DNA from: a virus
Length of the DNA: 13,256 nucleotides
UHGV virus genome: UHGV-0086716
Reading direction: 5' to 3' (one strand)
Under the pieces are notes generated by a model. That model made no database searches. It worked only from the letters and a program-made list of their open reading frames with translations, and was not told the DNA's origin. The position numbers and the translations under genes are program-made. Below are positions 1 through 7,394 of this stretch, in pieces. Position 1 is the stretch's first letter, and each line of letters opens with the position of its first letter.

Positions 1-708
1 GCCTATCTTGAAGTCCGTCGTAACCGGCTTGGTGAACCCATTGCGCTTCGTCCGGCGCTGGCGAAATACACGCGGCGGGGCAGTGACCTTGATACGTACT
101 GGTACCTCAGTGATGACGGCTCTGAATACGCATTCCGGAAGGGGGCTGTGTGTCATGTGCTTAACCCCGATATCAACCAGGAAATCTACGGGATGCCGGA
201 ATATATCGGTGGCCTGCTTTCGGTGAATCTGTCGAACTCGGCGGATACGTTCCGCAAGCTCTACTATGACAACGGCTCACATGCCGGGTGCATTGTCTAT
301 GTTGGTGCCGCCCAGGCAAACGCTGAAAGCGTGGAGGCGGTAAAGAAAACGCTCACGGAATCCCGTGGCAAAGGTGCGTTCCGCAATATCCTTCTGCACG
401 CGCCAGGTGGTGGCAAGGATGGCGTGCAAATCCTGCCGTTCCAGCAAATCACCGCGAAGGATGAATTCCTGAACATCAAGGGGAGTGCACGCGACGATAT
501 CCTTGCTGCCCACCGTGTACCGCCTCAGCTGATGGGGGCGATGCCTGACGGTAATGCCGCGTTCGGTGACGTTGAGAAAGCGGCGAGGGTGTTTTTCATC
601 AACGAGCTGCAACCTGTCATGGAGGCCATGAAGCATGTCAATGAATGGCTTGGTGTTGAGGTGATGCGCTTTAATCCCTATGCGCTGCTTCAGGATGACG
701 CCAGCTGA
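1..708 (+). CDS. Phage portal protein (gpQ-like), C-terminal part, 5'-truncated by window edge
   Basis: Frame 1 is open from base 1 to TGA at 706-708. Protein-like translation; position and orientation (last late gene, pointing at the cos-side region) match P2 Q. Family assignment is by context, not by verified motif. Confidence 0.65.
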   Translation, partial: AYLEVRRNRLGEPIALRPALAKYTRRGSDLDTYWYLSDDGSEYAFRKGAVCHVLNPDINQEIYGMPEYIGGLLSVNLSNSADTFRKLYYDNGSHAGCIVYVGAAQANAESVEAVKKTLTESRGKGAFRNILLHAPGGGKDGVQILPFQQITAKDEFLNIKGSARDDILAAHRVPPQLMGAMPDGNAAFGDVEKAARVFFINELQPVMEAMKHVNEWLGVEVMRFNPYALLQDDAS

Positions 709-735
709 CGCGCTTCGCTTGTCGGCTGCTTCGCC

Positions 736-758
736 GGGGCATAAAAAATTTATGCCCC
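736..758 (+). terminator. Perfect 10-bp stem / 3-nt loop hairpin downstream of portal stop
   Basis: GGGGCATAAA-aaa-TTTATGCCCC, 28 nt after the portal stop. No T-run follows, so intrinsic-terminator function is uncertain. Confidence 0.35.
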
Positions 759-1083
759 GACTCTCCAGCTCCACCAACATAAAGCACATCTCAGCCCTTA
801 AATTATTAATCATACTTAACATTATGTTTTGCCGTGGTTTTTCCTCTACTTCATGCCATGTCTGCGGTGTGATGTCCCCGCGTTTAATCCTGACCCCGTA
901 AAACTCAATCAGACGCCTTCTGACGGCCTGTTTCTCTGACCATGTTTTGATGTGGTTTTTCAAAACTGGCTTCACTGCGTGCGTATCACGCGCAATACGC
1001 CCCCATATAAAGCAACCTGCCTTCCACCCCTCAATTCGGGCGCCCTTCCCTCGTCGCCTGCGCGCAGCGATCGCCTCGTTTTT

Positions 1084-1181
1084 CGTGCACCGTGCAAACC
1101 GGCCTCAGGCAGCGCCGTTACCGGGCTGAAAGGGTAAAAAATACATCAGAAAAATTGTGCAATTTCGTGCACTTTTGTGCA
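1084..1181. repeat. Array of five (C/T)GTGCA(C/A) motifs, three phased at exactly 10 bp
   Basis: GTGCA at 1085, 1092, 1157, 1167, 1177. The last three are ttGTGCAatttcGTGCActtttGTGCAc with helical-turn spacing. Lies in the non-coding region between the early-operon terminator and the portal gene, where cos is expected. Confidence 0.4.
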
Positions 1182-1188
1182 CTGAAAC

Positions 1189-1212
1189 AAACGCCCGGAA
1201 CAGGGCGTTTTT
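1189..1212 (-). terminator. Rho-independent terminator ending the leftward early/A operon (plausibly bidirectional)
   Basis: Stem AACGCCC (1190-1196) / GGGCGTT (1203-1209), loop ggaaca, flanked by T-rich sequence on both strands; directly follows the stop of the last cassette gene (1214). Confidence 0.6.
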
Positions 1213-1213
1213 C

Positions 1214-1543
1214 TCATTTCTGCTCTCCCTTGTGTTGTGCGTTCTCCCTGATTATGTCATTGCATAAATCCACGCACTCATTGCAGATCCAAACAGATGG
1301 TCCGGCAATAATCTGTCTGACATCGTACTGGCTTTTGTTGCAGAAGCTGCAATAAAGCGTCTTCCCGACTGAAGTTGGTGTTTTGCTGGGCTCTCCACAC
1401 ACCAGTCGTTCGATGTCTCTTTCGCGCCGAAGAGCGATCTGGCTGCATACAGCTATTTTTTGCAGGTTGATGTTTTCTTTTTTCGCCAGTGCTTCAATTT
1501 GATCAATCAGTCGCTGCGCTTTTTCTCTGTCAATATATTGCAT
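1214..1543 (-). CDS. Small protein (109 aa) with C-terminal ClpX-type C4 zinc-binding domain
   Basis: ATG at 1543 preceded by GGAG with 8-nt spacer (the track's GTG at 1552 is less likely). C-terminal [38 protein letters not shown] closely matches the N-terminal zinc-binding domain of ClpX as I recall it (C-x2-C-x19-C-x2-C). N-terminal ~60 aa looks helical. Confidence 0.75.
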   Translation of the reverse strand: MQYIDREKAQRLIDQIEALAKKENINLQKIAVCSQIALRRERDIERLVCGEPSKTPTSVGKTLYCSFCNKSQYDVRQIIAGPSVWICNECVDLCNDIIRENAQHKGEQK

Positions 1544-1557
1544 TGCGCCCACTCCGA

Positions 1558-1905
1558 TTACTGGGTTGCGATGACTGGCAGCTCTTCGCCAGCGCCGTAG
1601 ATAAACAGAATTCGCTTCATGACTTCGCTGCGCTTACAGGCTTCGATGACTGATTTTTCCTGTTGCCACTCAGCCCGTTTCGCCAGCTCCAGCCGTTCCT
1701 TTTCCGTTGGCTTCCGGTAATGCGTGATTTTGTCCGTGTACCCGTCCACAACCAGCAGCCCTTCGCGTACCATCTTTCCGGCGGCCTGATTGATTACAGT
1801 TCTTCTCACACCCAGTTTTTCGACCAGCTCCGGCGCGGAAAAACGCGGGTGTGTTTCCAGGTGGCGTAAAATGATTTCCTTTCCGGTCATTCTGGTGGGC
1901 TTCAT
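1558..1905 (-). CDS. Putative winged-helix DNA-binding protein (115 aa)
   Basis: Start re-called to ATG at 1905 (track gave 1974): AAGGAG 5 nt upstream and ATGA overlap with the upstream gene's stop. Segment [31 protein letters not shown] has an HTH/wing pattern. Confidence 0.65.
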   Translation of the reverse strand: MKPTRMTGKEIILRHLETHPRFSAPELVEKLGVRRTVINQAAGKMVREGLLVVDGYTDKITHYRKPTEKERLELAKRAEWQQEKSVIEACKRSEVMKRILFIYGAGEELPVIATQ

Positions 1906-2072
1906 TGGGCGGCTCCTTCGTTGTTCCGGCGTTCCCGGAGTTCGGTCAGTGCTGCCAGTAAATTTTCCCACCACGTTTCTTCCACAACCGGATTGTGTCG
2001 TGAAAGCAGCTGCTGCGCTGACTCAATCATTTTATTCAGGTCTTTGTCGCTGATCTTCCTGATGTCGTTCAT
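1902..2072 (-). CDS. Small hypothetical protein (56 aa)
   Basis: Start re-called to ATG at 2072, which has AGGAG 6 nt upstream; the track start at 2111 has no RBS but forms an ATGA overlap, so 1902..2111 remains possible. Acidic/helical; no recognisable domain. Confidence 0.5.
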   Translation of the reverse strand: MNDIRKISDKDLNKMIESAQQLLSRHNPVVEETWWENLLAALTELRERRNNEGAAQ

Positions 2073-2107
2073 GGTGTGCTCCTTTGGTTTGCTGTTTCTG
2101 GTCATGT

Positions 2108-2524
2108 TCATGGTCTTTGTTGCCTGCGTGATTGCCTGTTGGCGGCCGAATGCACATAGCGGGCAATTGCCGCTTTTCGGTTAACGACGGCCAGCGTTCT
2201 TGCCAGCTCTTCGTTGAGTTTTCTGGTCTGTTTTTCGTGGTATGCCTGCATGATTTTTCCTACGGGAGTCAGTGGTTCAGGCTCTGATATGGCGCGACGA
2301 GGGCGCACGGCAACGATGAATGCGCTTCTGTCGGTGTTGATTCTTGCAGCCAGGATGTCGGTCATGACGGTATCTGTGTTGCGATCGTGGTTTGCGATCG
2401 TGATCTCCAGTTCGTCGCCTGGCTGTGGTCGAACACTGACGCCGCTCAGCATCAGTGCCGGAATGCGTCCACTCATGATGGCGCTGAAATCATGGCGCTG
2501 GAGTACGCAATGGAATCGTGTCAT
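2108..2524 (-). CDS. Hypothetical protein (138 aa), first gene after A
   Basis: ATG at 2524 overlaps the A stop (ATGA) and has GGAGGTG upstream inside the A 3' end. Segment ELEITIANHD...DILAARI weakly resembles the start of DinI (unverified). Confidence 0.6.
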   Translation of the reverse strand: MTRFHCVLQRHDFSAIMSGRIPALMLSGVSVRPQPGDELEITIANHDRNTDTVMTDILAARINTDRSAFIVAVRPRRAISEPEPLTPVGKIMQAYHEKQTRKLNEELARTLAVVNRKAAIARYVHSAANRQSRRQQRP

Positions 2525-5010
2525 GGGTTCACCTCCGGTTGATCTGCTGCCACCAGGCTTCGTGATTTCTCATCCCAGTGCACAATCCGCCCGTCAGGCA
2601 GGCGAACGCGTGCACCTCTGTGTACGGAAAGTGCTGCGCCACTGTGTGGCTCCTCGCCCGTCGTGCTCAGTGCCGACTTGATCACGGTGGTGGTGACGTC
2701 AGCCAGCGGCAATGCTGCACGCACATCTATGACGTCATCGGGCGTGGTGGGGCCGCCGGTTTTCACGGTTTTTGTGTCAGATGGCGCATCTTTCAGCTGC
2801 CTGGTGAGTTGTTTTCGCTCTGTGGGGGTCAGTGACCTTAACCACTCACCCAAATCACCTCCCGGGACGACCAGTTTTTGTTCTTTCCTGGTTTCCGGTG
2901 GTGGGGTTTTACCCTCTCCGGTGTCTGTTTTTTCATCATGGGGACAGTTATTGCCACGAGTCCAAGGGGCGACAAAGTCGCCCTGAAGGTCAAAACCATT
3001 TTCGTGGGCGCTGTCTTTCACTTCTGGTTTACGCCTTACCAGCTTCCACTTGTCCAGGTGGGTGCATACCCTGGAGGATTCCCCTTTGAGCGGTGACCAG
3101 ATGCCGTAAATCTGTGCGCGCTGTTCGCCGTAATCATTAGGCTCATCTGCGATGTCATAGGCGGTACGAATCAGATAATCTTTGCGCGGAACCAGCACGC
3201 CCCCCTGCTTCTCGGTGTAGGTGGCAAAACACCCGGCGTCAGCGGCAGCCAGTACCGCATCCATGGCATCGTCTTCCAGTCGTCCGGGGCCCTGTGGATT
3301 GCGGGCCATCTGGCAGGCAAGGCGGCGCAGCTCGCGCCATACCTGTCGGGACGGAATACCAAAGAACTGAAACTGTCGGACACGGTGCAGGCGTGCCCAG
3401 CCTATGGCGTGCTCCACGCTCTCAGCCATTGGTTTTCCTGATTCGTCGTCAATGCGTGGCTTACCTGTTTTCGGGTCGATGCCATCCACGGCGCGGCTGT
3501 CCAGGTTTTTCCCGATATAGGTGGCGATGTAGCTGGTTGGCGTGCCTTTTGAGCCGTCAATGTATTCCACCTTAAAGCGTGGTGTTATGTCGTCGCCCAG
3601 TTCCTGACGGTCTTCACGGATGGCGATGTCCCGGGCTGCGTTCTCTATAGCCTTTGCGTTATCCGGATGGGTGAAGACCAGCATGTGCCAGTGCACGGTG
3701 CCGTCATGGTGTGGCTCCACCGTGCGGACGCCATACCAGCGCAGGCCGTCGCGGTTCAGCTTTTTGCGGAGGGCGGCAAAGAACTTGTTGACCAGGTAAT
3801 CACTGGAATCGCGAATGGTGCTTCCGTCCCACTTAGGGTTCAGATAACCGCGCTCCGTCGTGGCGTGAAACCTTGATGGTGCGGTGATGGTCACAAATAA
3901 CACTGTGTCGCCACGGGCTTCTGCCAGCAGTTCCATACCCTTCGTGGTCGCCATCATCTCGGCCCTGCGATTGACCGGGTTACTGATGCCTGCGTAATAG
4001 ACGGATTCAAGGTCAATAGTGAAGCCGTCCTCGTTTTCCAGTTCGAAACGTTTCAGGAAGTCGCGGGTTTTCTCGCGTTGTGCGCGGAACTCGCCCAGTG
4101 CGTCCTTACTCAGGTAGGGCGATGTTTTTCTGGAAACCAGACCGGCAGCACGCAACTGTTCTTCCCGCCATTCGCGGCGCAACCGCCAGAGTTTGTGGTA
4201 CCACCAGTCTGCGCAGTTCAGGCGAAGGATGGCGCCTGGCAGTCGTTCAACATCCGGTTCCGTTCTCCGGTTCTTGTCTGTTCTCAGCGCTTCGTAATGC
4301 GGTGGTATGGTGTGCAGGTGTAGCGCCATGCGGGCCAGTACCGGATATGCCTTCAGCATTACATCCACTGTCATCTCACCATCGCTGGCCCCGAAACCGT
4401 CGCAAAGTTTTTCGAAGGTTCTGCTGAACAGTATGGCCGTCATGGCTGCCAGCATTCGTGTCCGGCGTTCATCGAGCTGCGGCAGGTAAAGCAGGTTATC
4501 CAGATTGTCGCGCCCGGCAAGGGAACGGTAAGCCGGAGTCAGCCAGCGGCTGTTAGTGCGCTCCAGTCGTTTGAATATTTCGCGCAGTGTTTCGCTCGCG
4601 TAGCGGTCTGCCTGCCAGTTTTCCTCCCCTTTACGGCGTTCTGACTCCTGTTTTTTGCGCAGGATACTGAGTTTTTTAATAAGCGGATCCCGCAGATAAG
4701 GCGGTAACAGGCGCAGCGTGTCGTAGGCTTCGCTTACTGCATCACGTGCCCGTGGGGCAATCGCGGCGATTACCCGGTCCCGTGCTTCCTGTGCGTCCAG
4801 GTGTTTGTTAATCAGGCGCCCAAGCCTGGTCGCGGCGAAGTCTGCATCACTCAGTTCGCCGTCGGGCATCGCGCGACGGAGTGCATCCACCCGGTAGGCG
4901 TCCAGCCATGAACGAAGGGCTGAGGTGGGGGCGGGTGTTTCCCTTCTCCTCTCCTCTTGCCCTATGGCATGGCGTGGTTGTTGCCAGTCCCGGATGTACT
5001 CAGCTGCCAC
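2521..5010 (-). CDS. A: Phage replication initiation protein, gene A family (rolling-circle endonuclease), 829 aa
   Basis: Size matches P2 gpA-type proteins. HUH-type motif (GTVHWHMLVF) and tandem-tyrosine region (YIATYIGKN). GTG start at 5010 with GGAG upstream, 6 nt after the upstream gene's stop. Confidence 0.88.
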   Translation of the reverse strand: MAAEYIRDWQQPRHAIGQEERRRETPAPTSALRSWLDAYRVDALRRAMPDGELSDADFAATRLGRLINKHLDAQEARDRVIAAIAPRARDAVSEAYDTLRLLPPYLRDPLIKKLSILRKKQESERRKGEENWQADRYASETLREIFKRLERTNSRWLTPAYRSLAGRDNLDNLLYLPQLDERRTRMLAAMTAILFSRTFEKLCDGFGASDGEMTVDVMLKAYPVLARMALHLHTIPPHYEALRTDKNRRTEPDVERLPGAILRLNCADWWYHKLWRLRREWREEQLRAAGLVSRKTSPYLSKDALGEFRAQREKTRDFLKRFELENEDGFTIDLESVYYAGISNPVNRRAEMMATTKGMELLAEARGDTVLFVTITAPSRFHATTERGYLNPKWDGSTIRDSSDYLVNKFFAALRKKLNRDGLRWYGVRTVEPHHDGTVHWHMLVFTHPDNAKAIENAARDIAIREDRQELGDDITPRFKVEYIDGSKGTPTSYIATYIGKNLDSRAVDGIDPKTGKPRIDDESGKPMAESVEHAIGWARLHRVRQFQFFGIPSRQVWRELRRLACQMARNPQGPGRLEDDAMDAVLAAADAGCFATYTEKQGGVLVPRKDYLIRTAYDIADEPNDYGEQRAQIYGIWSPLKGESSRVCTHLDKWKLVRRKPEVKDSAHENGFDLQGDFVAPWTRGNNCPHDEKTDTGEGKTPPPETRKEQKLVVPGGDLGEWLRSLTPTERKQLTRQLKDAPSDTKTVKTGGPTTPDDVIDVRAALPLADVTTTVIKSALSTTGEEPHSGAALSVHRGARVRLPDGRIVHWDEKSRSLVAADQPEVNP

Positions 5011-5016
5011 AGCGAT

Positions 5017-5391
5017 TTACTCCGCGATGCTGTTCAGTGCGCCGAGGCAAACAGCGGTCAGGCGCTGGATTTCCTGCGCGGTGGCTTCAGGGCTTGCCCG
5101 GCGGTGCGTAATGCGAAGACTGTCGGAAATGACTTCAATGAGCACCGACGACGGGCACTGACAGATGCAAACAACACTTGCAATGGTGTCTTCAATGCGG
5201 GAGAGCGTGTAATTGCCCTGGTTGCAGGCAAGCAGGTAGCGGCCGTCAATGACAGTCTGACCATCGGGAAGTTGTGGTGCTGTGGGTTGCAACTTCCTGT
5301 ACATCTCGAAGCGATGGGCAACGCGATCTCGTGTACCGGCGTCGCTTTCGGTCTGAATCAGGTAAGTTACAAAATCATCGATGAGAATCAT
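5017..5391 (-). CDS. Hypothetical protein (124 aa) immediately upstream of A
   Basis: ATG at 5391 with AGGAGG 9 nt upstream; protein-like composition; same strand as operon. Confidence 0.65.
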   Translation of the reverse strand: MILIDDFVTYLIQTESDAGTRDRVAHRFEMYRKLQPTAPQLPDGQTVIDGRYLLACNQGNYTLSRIEDTIASVVCICQCPSSVLIEVISDSLRITHRRASPEATAQEIQRLTAVCLGALNSIAE

Positions 5392-5463
5392 TGTGGCAAT
5401 CCTCCTGTTGCAGATGTGCGGAAGCCTCCCGCGTACAGATACGGGATAGCTTCCGGATGTGGT

Positions 5464-5685
5464 TTATCGGTGCTGGTTGATGAGGCTTTGCAGTTCTGCC
5501 AGATCTTCGGCGAGATAGCTGAAGACAGCAGCGCAGTAACGGTTTGATAGCGCGTGCGTGCGCTCATGCAGCATGTTGATGTGCATGATTTGCGCGACGC
5601 GTGTTGCGCGGAAAAGTCTGCGGTTGATTTCGCTGCGTATGTGAATACGCTCAGCGCGGGCGCGCTGTTGCTTGCGGTTTGCCAT
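5464..5685 (-). CDS. Small basic hypothetical protein (73 aa)
   Basis: ATG at 5685 with AGAGG upstream; arginine-rich N-terminus suggests nucleic-acid binding. Confidence 0.5.
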   Translation of the reverse strand: MANRKQQRARAERIHIRSEINRRLFRATRVAQIMHINMLHERTHALSNRYCAAVFSYLAEDLAELQSLINQHR

Positions 5686-5728
5686 GGTGTGGCCTCTGCG
5701 TTAGTAAGTTCTGAAAACTCACCATCCA

Positions 5729-5917
5729 GAGTTGAGAATCTCGGGGTGGCGAGACGTACGGGGTTCTCAACACCGGCTAACACAGGACCCGGCCCGACCG
5801 AAGTCGGCCCCGTACGCCCCGCCATAATTCTGACGCGAAAAAGACGTGGCGATACAGTACGCACAAAAAAACCGCTGGCGCGGCTGTGCGCTGTGTTAGT
5901 CAGCGGGTTGAGAATCC
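5729..5917. repeat. Structured non-coding island with GTTGAGAA(T/C)C repeats and nested perfect stems
   Basis: GTTGAGAATC at 5731-5740 and 5907-5916 (direct); inverse copy GTTCTCAAC at 5763-5771. Nested TCTCG/CGAGA (5739-5743 / 5750-5754). Perfect 9-bp stem CGTACGGGG / CCCCGTACG (5755-5763 / 5808-5816) enclosing CCGAC-cgaa-GTCGG (5794-5807). No ATG-initiated ORF with an RBS in this stretch. Confidence 0.45.
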
Positions 5918-5982
5918 CGGCACCCGTTTTATGAGGTGCAGCGGAAATGTAACCTGACTCAACGAGCGCTGGCAAGCGGTTT

Positions 5983-6010
5983 TTGTGTTGCGTGCTGAAG
6001 TATGTATAAT
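5983..6010 (+). promoter_or_regulatory. Sigma70-type promoter for the plus-strand embedded gene
   Basis: -35 TTGTGT (5983-5988), 16-bp spacer, -10 TATAAT (6005-6010) preceded by TG; about 60 nt upstream of the ATG at 6072. Confidence 0.5.
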
Positions 6011-6071
6011 CGCGGCGCAAAAATGGAATGCGCCGAAGGATAGCGGCGTTTATTAACAATGGAGGTTGTTT

Positions 6072-6539
6072 ATGCCTGTTGCTATGGAGCAAGCAGACAA
6101 GAAGATTTTTTTCCATCTGTGGTACAGCTACTGGCTGGAAGAGATGGTTTTCATACTCAGCAATAAAGCCGCTGCCGTGTTGCGCGCCGGGGCACTGATT
6201 GCTGCGGTATTCTCCTTTCTTCTCGTAGGTTTTCCCGTCCTGATGAGCCTTTGCGGGCTGGCGTTTTTTGTTTTTTCCTGGTTTTGCAGCAAGTGTGAAT
6301 TCGTCGCCGAACTGGCGTGCTGGCAGAAACAGAGCTACCTTCGTCTGATTACGCAAAGGGATTCCATGAGCACTGAACGCCTCATTGAGCGCATTCTGTA
6401 TCTGGAAGAAACGAACAGCGCATTCATGAAGGCGTTTGTCAGGCCTGCAAAAAACAAAGCGAGCGCATCTGTTGGTCTGTCTGCCAGCGAGCATTTGCGT
6501 TACTCCGAAAGGTTAATCTGCTGGTTGTGCGGCTTCTGA
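6072..6539 (+). CDS. Embedded plus-strand gene: predicted membrane protein (155 aa) with cytoplasmic C-terminal domain
   Basis: ATG at 6072 with GGAGG 6 nt upstream and own promoter. Two hydrophobic helices (AAAVLRAGALIAAVFSFLLVGFPVLM, SLCGLAFFVFSWF); codon usage looks enteric. Opposite strand to the surrounding operon; 3' end overlaps the DUF4406-like gene by 27 nt. Confidence 0.6.
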   Translation: MPVAMEQADKKIFFHLWYSYWLEEMVFILSNKAAAVLRAGALIAAVFSFLLVGFPVLMSLCGLAFFVFSWFCSKCEFVAELACWQKQSYLRLITQRDSMSTERLIERILYLEETNSAFMKAFVRPAKNKASASVGLSASEHLRYSERLICWLCGF

Positions 6540-6863
6540 CCGGCGAAGCAGCTGCGCGACGGTTTCACCGCCTGCCCGGGCAGACGGGTATGACACTGGC
6601 ATATTCAGCTTGAGTGCCATTGCGTACTCCGCCCGTGCGCCATCGGACTCTTCCCATCCATCCAGTAAGTAAATGACGTCGGCACACATGAGCATCGGAA
6701 TACAAATACTCATGTACTGCTGCTGGCTTAATCCGTCCGGCAACGTGGCAGGGTTCAGCACAACGTGCACGGCTGCTGCGAGCCTCGCCGCCGCCATGGA
6801 AAACGCCGTTCTGTTGTGGTCTTTGTATCCGGTCATTGGACCGGCGATATAAATCACTGCCAT
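6513..6863 (-). CDS. DUF4406-like / nucleoside 2-deoxyribosyltransferase-like protein (116 aa)
   Basis: N-terminal MAVIYIAGPMTG motif; GGGAGG 6 nt upstream of ATG at 6863. Confidence 0.7.
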   Translation of the reverse strand: MAVIYIAGPMTGYKDHNRTAFSMAAARLAAAVHVVLNPATLPDGLSQQQYMSICIPMLMCADVIYLLDGWEESDGARAEYAMALKLNMPVSYPSARAGGETVAQLLRRSEAAQPAD

Positions 6864-7072
6864 GCTTTACCTCCCGTGTTGCGTGTTGCTGTCAGCACGC
6901 GCACTTCTTCCACGTTCGTGGCGCAGAAGTGCGAACCGTTGATAAGGCGGATGTGATACATCTCTGGATTGCGTGAGTCCTGGCGCGTCATTCCTGGGTC
7001 AATCAGGCTTTCGTCGACTTCATACTGACGGCCGTTGGCTGTGAATCTGATAACGGTTGACTCCTGGATCAT
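6854..7072 (-). CDS. Hypothetical protein (72 aa)
   Basis: ATG at 7072 in ATGA overlap with the upstream gene's stop; same-strand operon context. Confidence 0.5.
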   Translation of the reverse strand: MIQESTVIRFTANGRQYEVDESLIDPGMTRQDSRNPEMYHIRLINGSHFCATNVEEVRVLTATRNTGGKAWQ

Positions 7073-7305
7073 TGCTGACCCCTTTGCCCGGCAGATTTCT
7101 CGTTGAGCTGCTTTTTAAGGGCGGCGATTTCACTTTCCTGATCCTGAATCACCCGGATTGCTTCCATGGTGATCCCCAGTGAGATCGAGGAAGATATAAC
7201 GACCTTTGGTTTTCCAACGGCAGCAGCAACTTTGGCTGTTTCCTCGTGTGCACGGGCGATGTGACGTAACCCCCGCAAAAGTGCTTTGTTTCTTTCGCTA
7301 TTCAT
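7069..7305 (-). CDS. Hypothetical protein (78 aa)
   Basis: ATG at 7305 with GGAG 7 nt upstream; helical, charged. Confidence 0.55.
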   Translation of the reverse strand: MNSERNKALLRGLRHIARAHEETAKVAAAVGKPKVVISSSISLGITMEAIRVIQDQESEIAALKKQLNEKSAGQRGQQ

Positions 7306-7394
7306 TTCCTGACTCCTGTGTTACTGATTCATCTGTTTATTCACGTACTGGCTGGGGTAAACATCACGCAGTAAGTTGCATCTCCCGTTACCGG

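Noticed and set aside
277-975. 232-aa minus-strand ORF
   Set aside because: Lies antisense to the portal gene and extends into the cos-side non-coding region; no support beyond being open.
947-1355. Overlapping 60-87 aa plus-strand ORFs in the cos-side region
   Set aside because: TTG/GTG starts, proline/arginine-rich products, overlapping repeats and the terminator; region judged non-coding.
1-2600. LexA (SOS) box controlling the cassette downstream of A
   Set aside because: Scanned for CTGT-N8-ACAG on both strands; only partial half-sites (for example CTGTcaatatatTGCA at 1527-1542) were found.
2578-3096. Several 70-110 aa plus-strand ORFs
   Set aside because: All antisense within gene A; typical open antisense frames.
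5700-5940. Retron-like non-coding RNA (msr-msd)
   Set aside because: The inverted repeats are only ~25 nt apart and no reverse transcriptase gene is present in the window.
5388-6494. 368-aa minus-strand ORF spanning the embedded gene, the non-coding island and the 73-aa gene
   Set aside because: It does have an ATG with GGAG 8 nt upstream, but the product is low-complexity (R/S/T/P/A-rich), overlaps two better-supported genes in other frames, and runs through a region full of perfect stems. Most likely an antisense open frame. Coding-potential analysis or ribosome profiling would settle it.
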